Source of the DNA: Okamejei kenojei | Lineage: Eukaryota | Direction of reading: 5' to 3' | DNA: 64,000 nt | NCBI GenBank assembly: GCA_035221665.1 | Contig: CM069132.1 | Coordinates: 72,106,001 to 72,170,000, forward strand | Part shown: positions 50,472 to 59,639 of the stretch, piece after piece | Layout: every line of letters starts with the position of its first letter | Position numbering within the stretch: position 1 is the first letter of the stretch | Program-made: the position numbers and the translations under genes | The notes under the pieces: generated by a model | What the model was told of the DNA's origin: nothing | The model's input: the letters and a program-made list of their open reading frames with translations, nothing else | Database searches by the model: none

Positions 50472-52125
50472 CTGTGATAAGAACGACACTGTATAAGGTT
50501 CCAAAGTTAAGCATCCAAGCAAAATTTCAAAATGACTACAAGAATAAAAGATAAGTAGGCATGATTACTCAAAAGCAATGCCAGAGCGAATGATTTTTAC
50601 AACTGTCCTTGAGCAGATTACAGCTTCAAAACAACTTATTGATAATAATGCCGTAACTGATTTTATGATGCTGATGCACAACTTTACAATGAATTTATCA
50701 GTCAGAATGATCTCATCTCTACATTCTCTGCAGATTTTGCCTGCAGCTCAGTGAGTAGCAGTCTTGCCTTTGGGTGGATTCGACAGATAACACAAGTTCA
50801 GTGAGAGTCCTAGATTGTTGGAAATATCAACTTTTAAATGAGACGCTCAGCAAAGTGCCTGTGTACACTCTCAGGTGTATAAAAGAAAGTCACATTATTC
50901 CAAGGAGAAGCATTATTTTCACAGGGCTGCCACTCCTGTCTTTGAATGAAAAAAAAACAATCAAATATTTAACTGTACCGCTCCCCATTCCTACTTCCCA
51001 AATTCCCTCCTGATATTGCAGCAGCATCCATCTACCCATGGCCTTCTGATCAATCCCAGCTCCAAGCTCATCACCCAAGTTCCAAACTTACACCACCCAT
51101 CTGCCATCTCCAGAAGCTACCTTTCCATGCACTCCTCAAGGTACCAATCTTTACCCTTCTGCTGCCATTAAAGGCACACATTAATTTTATTTCTTGACAG
51201 GATGCAGACACCACTGAACATCATTAATTATTTCTGATCTGAAGAGGAAATTAAGAGTCACCCAGATTGGAGTTCATAGTTATATAAGGCAGCCCAAATA
51301 GGAAAACCAGATATGCTTCCCTGAACTAGATACATTTTTATGCCAATTCAGTCAGTTCAAATTTGCCAAGACTGAAACAAGATTTTTTTTCAAATTCCAG
51401 ATTTTAATTTTAATTATTCTCACCCATTTAACATATTCTTGAATTCTATGTTCAAGAATCAATGGATATTAGCTTTAAATACATTTGATTTTTAGACACC
51501 TGCAGCCTGCCAGGGAAGAAGCGCAAAATATACACAACATTCTGAAGATTTTTTTTCTTATCTTGGTCATAAACGGCCAAATTGTTATTTTGAGTCTGTG
51601 CCCCTTCACCACCACCACCCCCCCCCCGCCTATACCCCAGGGAACACAGTCATTCACCATCCAGCATGTCAATCCCCCTCAGAATATTATACGCTTCATA
51701 GCATTCACAACTCATTTGAAATTAGAATCAGTTTTAGTTAATATCACCTCCTTGGATAAATCCTGCATCCCAGAAATCAGTCCGGTGAATTAATCTTGAT
51801 GTGTGAATATTTCCTGCCAAGTTTCCTATATTACTACTGCAACTCTCTTCATAAATGCTTTGGAATAAGTTGAATTGAAAGGTGCTATACAAAGGCAGGA
51901 CTTTCTTTTTTTAAAATATATTGATGAATCAAGGTTGATCAATTACATTGGAATATACATTGTGGTTCTTCCCCCAGGCCTTCATATTTAACTTGAACAT
52001 TCCTTATTATTTTATCAGGTAGGGAAGCTGATATTATTATTTGTTCACATATTAGCTTTTTGTCCTACCCCTCCCTACTTCCAGATTTCTTTCTCCACCC
52101 TCACTTCAATCAGTCTGAAGGAGGT

Positions 52126-52212
52126 ACACAAAAATGCTGGAGAAACTCAGTGGGTGCAGCAGCATCTATGGAGCGAAGGAAATAGGAAACATTTCGGGCC
52201 GAAACCCTTCTT
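52126..52212 (-). mobile_element. Penelope-like/hammerhead repeat inserted into an older copy
   Basis: 15-bp direct repeat CAGTCTGAAGGAGGT (52111-52125, 52213-52227). Minus strand reads CTGAAGAAGGGTTTCGGCCCGAAATGTT. Confidence 0.7.
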
Positions 52213-53426
52213 CAGTCTGAAGGAGGTTCCTGACTTGAAATGGCAACTCCTTATTACTACTCAGCTGATATTAAGCTCAGATTTATGAACAAATATTGTG
52301 GAGTTTGACAAAAAGCCATATAATATGACATGGAATGTTCAGGAGATGGGTCAAATATTTGGATTCTATGATGGGTTTCAATACCTTTGCTTTTGTCTTC
52401 AAGTTGCAACTGTTCAATACTCAAAATATGCTAATTTGCCTTGATTCTTTCAATTTTCATCAGTAGAATATAAGACCCAAGGCAAAGCATCCAACATCCA
52501 TATTTTGCCCTCAGATTCTCCTTCCAATAGAAATAGAAAATGGGCATTCTTAGAGGGCCAGGATGTTGCTTATACCCCTTGAATATGGATGACACTGGAA
52601 AGGTGCTATTTTCATTTCTATTCCTAACTCCTTGAGAGGACAATAATGTAGTTTGATATCAAGGCCACAAATGGACTGTGGCAATTTGGCATGACAGATT
52701 CCTTTCTCTCCCCGCCATCAGTGAACATTTTGGGTTTTGATGTTATTGTTAGAGATTACAAATTGGATGTGCTGAATTATAGGACACTGCAACTCCAGGG
52801 TGGTAATTTGACCCTGAGTCTGTGATGACTTCTCAGCCCCTCCAGGTCCCTGCATCTACTTCCGTTTTGGGTATTTATCCTTCCTTTTTGAAGACCACTA
52901 GTGAATCTGTTTCCAACGCACTATGAGGAAACAACTTCTAAGAATTAACCAGTTCATTTTTTCCTGTAATGGTATTTGGATATGACACATATCTACCCCT
53001 CTGTCATGAAGCAACCTAAATGTGGACACATGCTGCAGTTGTAAGATAGCAAAATGAACCAAGGCACTTCAATGCAATACTATCAAACAAAAATAGTCAC
53101 AAGAAAATGCAAGAAAATATTAGGGCAGATAATTAAAACCTTGGTTAAATAACACCCTAAAGGAGACAAGAGGATGAAATGTAAATAGACATGATTTGGA
53201 ATTAGCCCTCATTTATGTCACCTTACCCTTTGTGTTATGGTATAAACAAAATGGTATTGTCAACAGGCAAAATATAAGAAGACTAACATAAGCCAGGTTG
53301 GAATTGATGTTTCCTTTTACCTATTGGAATCTTCAGGAGCAAGCTCAGATGAACAGAATCACAATATTGTAGCAAAGGAAACAATTCAGCCCAATGATCT
53401 GTATGGTGTGTTCTTAGGGCAATATA

Positions 53427-55052
53427 CAGTGGCTTGCAAAAGTATTCATACCCCTTGAACTTTTCCACATTTTGTCACGTTACAACCACAAACGTAAATG
53501 TATTTTATTGGGATTGTATTTGATAGACCAACACAAAGTGGTGCATAATTATGAAGTGGAAGGAAAATGATACATGGTTTCCAAATTTTATTACAAATAA
53601 AAAACTGAAAAGTGTGGCGTGCAAAAGCATTCAGCCCCCCCGAGTCAATACTTTGTAGAACCATCTTTCGCTGCAATTACAGCTGCAAGTCTTTTGCGGT
53701 ATGTCTCTACCAGCTTTGCACATCTAGAGTCTGAAATTTTTGCCCATTCGTCTTTGCAAAATAGTTCAAGCACAGTCAGATTGGATGGAGAGTGTCTGTG
53801 AACAGCAATTTTCAAGTCTTGCCAGAGATTCTCAATTGGATTTAGGTCTAGAATTTGACTGGGCCATTCTAACACATGAATATGCTTTGATATAAACCAT
53901 TCCATTGTAGCTCTGGCTGTATGTTTAGGGTCATTGTCGTGCTGGAAGGTGAACCTCCGCCCCAGTCTCAAGTCTTTTGCAGACTCTAACAGGTTTTCTT
54001 CCAAATTTGCCCTGTATTTGGCTCCATCCATCTTCCCATCAACTCTGACCAACTTCCCTGTCCCTGCTAAAGAAAAGCATCCCAATAGCACGATGCTGCC
54101 ACCACCATGTTTCACAGTGGGGATGGTGTGTTCAGGGTGATGTGCAGTGTTAGTTTTCCGCCACACATAGCGTTTTGCATTTAGGCCAAAAACTTCAATT
54201 TTGGTCTCATCAGACCAGAGCACCTTCCTCCACATGTTTGCTGTGTCCCCCACATGACTTATGGCAAACTGCAAATGGGACATCTTATGGCTTTGTTTCA
54301 ACAATGGCTTTCTTCTTGCCACTCTTCCATAAAGGCCCGATTTGTGGAGTGCATGACTTATAGTTGTCCTGTGGATAGATCCTCCCACCTGAGCTGTGGA
54401 TCCCTGCAGCTCCTCCAGAGTTACCATGGGCCTCTTGGCTGCTTCTCTGATCAATGCTCTCCTTGCCCGACCTGTCAGTTTAGGTGGACGGCCATGTCTT
54501 GGTAGGTTTGCAGTTGTGCCATACTCTTTCCATTTTCGGATGATGGATTGAACAGTGCTCCGTGAGATGTTCAAAGCTTGGGATATTTTTTTATAACCTA
54601 ATCCTGCTTTAAACCTCTCCACAACTTTATCCTTGACCTGTCTGGTGTGTTCCTTGGGCATCATGATGCCCAAGGAACATTGTTTGTTCAGTAATGTTCT
54701 CTAACAAACCTCTGAGGCCTTCACAGAACAGCTGTATTTATACTGAGATTAGATTACACACAAGTGGACTCTATTTACTAATTAGGTGACTTCTGAAGGC
54801 AATTGGTTGCACTGGATTTTATTTAGGGGTATCAGAGTAAAGGGGGCTGAATACTTTTGCACGCCACACTTTTCAGTTTTTTATTTGTAAAAAAATTTGA
54901 AAACCATGTATCATTTTCCTTCCACTTCACAATTATGCACTACTGTGTTGGTCTATCACATAAAATTCCAATAAAATACATTTATATTTGTGGTTGTAAA
55001 GTGACAAAATGTGGAAAAGCTCAAGGGGTATGAATACTTTTGCAAGACACTG
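53427..55052 (-). mobile_element. Full-length Tc1-family (IR-DR type) DNA transposon
   Basis: TA at 53425-53426 and 55053-55054. ~210-bp inverted repeats (CAGTGGCTTGCAAAAGTATTCATACCCC... / ...GGGGTATGAATACTTTTGCAAGACACTG) with an inner repeat of the terminal motif near 53620-53640 and 54842-54862. 1626 bp. Confidence 0.96.
53645..54664 (-). CDS. Tc1-like transposase, 339 aa, DD34E
   Basis: Open frame MMPKEHTRQV...GSTKY with a paired-like HTH, GRPPK, WSDETK, QHDNDPKH and DLNPIENLW. 34 residues separate the second D from the E. First ATG at 54664; the ORF track starts at an upstream TTG. Confidence 0.93.
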   Translation of the reverse strand: MMPKEHTRQVKDKVVERFKAGLGYKKISQALNISRSTVQSIIRKWKEYGTTANLPRHGRPPKLTGRARRALIREAAKRPMVTLEELQGSTAQVGGSIHRTTISHALHKSGLYGRVARRKPLLKQSHKMSHLQFAISHVGDTANMWRKVLWSDETKIEVFGLNAKRYVWRKTNTAHHPEHTIPTVKHGGGSIVLLGCFSLAGTGKLVRVDGKMDGAKYRANLEENLLESAKDLRLGRRFTFQHDNDPKHTARATMEWFISKHIHVLEWPSQILDLNPIENLWQDLKIAVHRHSPSNLTVLELFCKDEWAKISDSRCAKLVETYRKRLAAVIAAKDGSTKY

Positions 55053-55075
55053 TAATTAAGCCCATTCATTCCCCT

Positions 55076-55370
55076 GTTTAGTTTAGTTTAGAGATACAGC
55101 ATGGAAACAGGTCCTTCAGCCCACTGAGTCCACGCCGACCATCTATCATTGTTCACACTAGTTCTATGTTATCCCACCTTCCTATCCACTCCCCACACAC
55201 CAGGGGCGATTTTACAAAGGTCAATGAACCTACAAAGCTGCATGTCTTTGGGATGTGGGAGAAAACTGGAGCACCCAGAGGAGACCCACGTGGACACAGG
55301 GCGAATGTGCAAACTCCACACCGACAGCACCTGAGATCAGGATTGAACTTGGGTTGCTGCCACTGTGGGA
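55076..55370 (-). mobile_element. tRNA-derived SINE (V-SINE/HE1-like)
   Basis: Reverse complement of the 18590-18886 family; (tttag)n tail at 55076-55091 and a B-box-like GGATTGAAC at ~55340. Confidence 0.75.
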
Positions 55371-56184
55371 TATAATGGGACCTGAGTCTCTGGCACGGTG
55401 TATTTTCCACAACACTGCAATTTATATTAGATATTCTCAACACAGTAAAAAATAACCCCTTTTCAAAAGGTTAATTTTCCTCAATCGTCATAAAAGCTCA
55501 TTCTAGTATCTACTCAAAGTCACTTAGTTCAACAGAATTAAAATGCCTATATTCTAATCAGTTTGATTGACGAATATCCATTGCAATTATCTTATATTTT
55601 ATCTCACATAGCTGTTAAAAACAAAATAATATTATGTTTCTTAAAACAGTCAATTCATTGATTGCTATTAAACTACAAAGTTAATACTTAAAAAGAACAA
55701 TGTAAGAAAGACACAAAGTGCTGGAGTAATTTAGTTGGTCAGGCAGCACCTCTTCAGACTGAGAAGGATCCTGACATGAAACATTGCCTATCGATGTTCT
55801 CCAGTGATGCAATCATTCCAGCACTTTGTGTCTTTTTTGTAAACCAGCATTTGCAGTTCCTCGATTCTCTCTTTCAAAACAATAAATGTACTCAACAAAT
55901 CGCTCAAAGAGCAACCTTCTTCCTGTTTGTTTTTTGCATGTGGCTGACATGGGCAATATGCTATTTATTGGCAGTGAGAAGAGTCCAGGGGGCTTTGTCC
56001 TGATACCATTTCTGTGACCTACTTGGTATAAAAGAACTGACTTATGTTTAAGTAAGGATAATGTGGAGTTAGGATTGTGTGTAGATTAGATGGAATAGAT
56101 AGATTTTGTTTTGTAAATTTTAAAAGCTGTAACTTTGGATGGTTGATGGAATAAGTAAAATTCTCTTGAATTTCTACACGTGTA

Positions 56185-56685
56185 CAGTCGAGAGCACATT
56201 GACTTGGTTGCATCATGACCTGGTTGGTAACTCAAATGCCCAGGAACGAACATGAATGCAAAAAGTGAAGAACACTGTTCAATGTATCACAGGTACTGAC
56301 CTCCCCACTATTGAAGGGATCACCAGGTATCGCTGCCTCAAAAAGGCAGCCTGCATCATCAGAGATCCTCACCACCCTGGCCCCACTCTCATTTCACCCT
56401 TGCCATCAGGAAGCAGGTATAGGAGCTTGAAAACTGTAACATGCAGGAGCAGATTTTACCCTATAACCATCAGGCAATTATACACTACCTCCAAATAAGC
56501 TCTGAACTACATAGAGTTGGAAGCACTGTTTTTGGCTTTGCACTATTACTGTTTTTTAAAATATATATACTGAACTTTTTTGTTGTATATTATGGTGTTT
56601 ACAGAGTACTATGTTTGTATATCTGTTGTGTTGCTGCAAGTAGGAGTTTCATTGTACTGTTTCAGGACATATGACAATAAAACAC
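56185..56685 (+). mobile_element. Rex1/Babar-like 3' fragment
   Basis: QKVKNTVQCITGTDLP...IIRDPHHPG...LPSGSRYRS; ends tgacaataaaac. Related piece at 45660-45845. Confidence 0.7.
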
Positions 56686-57987
56686 TCATGACCCACATTT
56701 CCATAGGTGTTACAAAGAACAATGAGTACTGTGATTCTATTGTAATTTTCACTGGGAGGGCTCACTGCATAAGCTCTCTATTGGAATAGAATATCAGGCT
56801 TGCTGCCTGCATGGCTCAGGAGAACCGGTCTAATATTGCAGCAGTACATTAATTAACACGGGATGACCTGCTCTTCAGAAGGTTGAAAGTGTGGCCTTTG
56901 TTTCTGGAGTTTATTTTGTGGAAGGGAGATTTATAAAAAGATATTCCTAAACCAACACTGGCCTAAGCAGCCTTTGTCTCCAGTGACAGGTAGAGATGTA
57001 GAGTGATTGCTGTTTTAACCAAATTAGCTTATTTCACTAAGGCAACAACTTGTCATTGAAGGCTTGAATTATTGGGATCAAATCACCATGATTTTTAATA
57101 CCTGAGTTTCCTGCAAACTTTTGTATTCACAGAGTAAAATTCATAGGCGTTATAGTTTGCAAACCTCCAATATACTGGGGAAATTCATCCCACTGTTCCT
57201 TAATCAACATTATTAAAACATATGACCTTGTCATTCTGAGTTTGATATTTGTGGGTGTCTGTTGTGAAAAACATACCCAGTGCATTTACCACTTTGCAGA
57301 GCAGCAATATTTCAAGATGTCCTTAAAACACTTGGAGGATGTTGAGGTTATGAAAGGTGCTCTATAAATATATGAACATTTCTTAACAAGGAAATAAAAA
57401 AAGAGTGTTGAATGTCAGGAATCCATCATTGTTCTTCAGGACACATCATAATAATGCAGAATGCTTTTTAAAACTGCAAGATGCAGAATGCAAATGTGGA
57501 GTAAGTGAAACGCTAAGCAAGTTCTCTAATATATGGAAATAACCTGCACATACTAATATTATAAATGGGAAAGGACACAAAGAGCTAGAGTAACCAATGG
57601 GTCAAACAGCATGTCTGGCGAACATGGATACTATAGGTGAAATTTGTGGTAAGGACCCTTCTTCAGACTCAAGTGCTACTTGACCCGTTGAGCTACTCTA
57701 GCACGTGTCCTTTTGTGTAAACCAGCATCTGCAGTTCCTTGTTTTTAAATATTATTAATGAACCTTATTGCATGTATTTTATACGTTTGGGAAAGAATGT
57801 ATTGTATCATCAATGATGTTTTTATTGAGTTTCATTTAATTTCATAAATTGCTGGGCAATTTTTTGTATTTATTATTACTCCAAACTGACAGATGAAATC
57901 TTTCTGATGGTTTAGCAAGAAGGGGGCGTACTGGGGAAGAGAGAGAGAAAATCTATCAGCCCTTGTAGCTGCCACCTATTCCATCCA

Positions 57988-58248
57988 AGGTAGACAGAAA
58001 ATGCTGGAGAAACTAAGCAGGTGAGGCAGCATCTATGGAGAGAAGGAAATAGGCGACATATCGGGTCGAGACCCTTCTTCTGAAGTCCCCACTAACCCTT
58101 CTTCTGAATTGTTCTTCTGAGTCTGAAGAAGGGTCTCAACCCGAAACGTCGCCTATTCCTTCTCTCCATAGATGCTGCCTCACCCGCTGACTTTCTCCAG
58201 CATTTTTTGTCTACCTTGAATTGTTCCAGCATCTGCAGTTCTTTCTTA
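57988..58248. mobile_element. Inverted pair of Penelope-like/hammerhead repeats
   Basis: ~95-bp arms (~57987-58080 and ~58125-58218) are reverse complements. 14-bp TSD ACCTATTCCATCCA (57974-57987, 58249-58262). Confidence 0.8.
58121..58154 (+). ncRNA. Candidate minimal type I hammerhead ribozyme
   Basis: CUGAAGA (58123-58129), A, stem II GGGU-CUCA-ACCC, GAAA (58143-58146), CGUC; predicted cleavage 3' of C58150. Stem I is weak in this copy and activity is not demonstrated. Confidence 0.55.
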
Positions 58249-58516
58249 ACCTATTCCATCCAGACTGGTTGACACATAGGTGAAGTACTATTTCTACTTA
58301 CTGTGAAAGTGGTTTCTTTCTATTACTCCTGTACAGCAAGGAAGGAAAGATAGTGAGAACGTTTTAAAGAAAAGATGTTGAGAAAGTGCACAGCACACTT
58401 CAAGATGGTGAAAATGTAAGAACATTTTGGAGAAGAAAATAAATTAAGCTTTGAAAAAGAATGAGAGAGAAGGAACTAGTGCAGGAATTGAGATTCTCCC
58501 TATATAATACTCTTAC

Positions 58517-58758
58517 CTTTCGACACAGCTTTCATAATTAAATGTAGCTTTGAAACCATATATGGCAAAAGTGACAACGCTGGCAAATATTGATGTCAAA
58601 CTGTTAATTAAAGCAATGATTACTGCTTGTTTCTCACAGTTGTTGTTTTTCTGATTGAAACTGGCAAATGCAATCAGGCTCCCAAATCCCAGGCCGAGAG
58701 AGTAGAAGATCTGTGTGGCTGCATCAATCCAGGACTTTGGGTCCATCAGCTGCTCAAT
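58517..58758 (-). CDS. SLC6A20: SLC6A20 (SIT1, imino acid transporter) internal exon (IEQLMDPKSWIDAATQIFYSLGLGFGSLIAFASFN...FNYESCVE R-)
   Basis: SLC6 TM6 signature WIDAATQIFYSLGLGFG. Acceptor ctcag and donor gtaaga on the minus strand; 242 nt. Linkage to SACM1L supports the A20 assignment. Confidence 0.92.
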
Positions 58759-59639
58759 CTGAGAATGAAGTGTTGTGAGGTTCAGTGAGGGGAAAACATC
58801 ATAACATGAGCGCACATTAAATAAGCCAAGCCTTTACAGGTTACCTTGGAAACCAATAGCTTAAAGAGAAAATAAGCAGAAAATATTAACATCAATCTTA
58901 ACTGGCATAGTTTTGATAAGTAAACCAAAAGAATAATCAGATCCTAAAATGGAAAGGGAAATTAAAAAGGGACAGATGTTCCCTTGGTAGTCTTACTCCA
59001 ATGAACCAGTTTGATTCTGACCTCCTGCGCTGTCTTTGTGGAGTTTACACCTTCTTTCTGTGACTATGCACATTTTCCTCCACATCCTAAAGATTAGTTT
59101 GTTGTTAGGATAATCAGCCATTATATGTTATGGTGTTGGAGAGTGGCAAGAGAATTGGAAGGATTAATGAGCGTGTTTGAGAAAATAGGTTATAGGGACA
59201 TAAGTAAGGTAAGAAAAATCAGATTGCTGTGGGAGCAGGCATTGACTCAGTGAGCCAAATGGCCTTATTCCATGTTGCAAAGACAAGAACAATGAAGAAA
59301 CACTACCCAAGAAAAATGAGTATCAAAAGAATAAAAAAGCACCCAAGGAAAACTTAGTTTAATCTAGGCCTTGCAGAAAGCTTGATGACATTATGAATCT
59401 GTTGCACTCCTTCTGACACAAATGTATCCTTATTTAGGCAGGTAAACCGGACCTGTATACAATATTACAGCATCAGTCTCACCAGGGGTGTTTATATTTT
59501 CAGTAACACGTCTTTATCTTTGCACTTAAAACCTCATGAAATAAATGCTACAATGCAAGGAAGTCAAAGACTGCATAAAACTAAAAAAAGAAGAGCTTAC
59601 CTGGATCTTGGACAAGCAGAAACAAAGAAAAGCAGGGAC

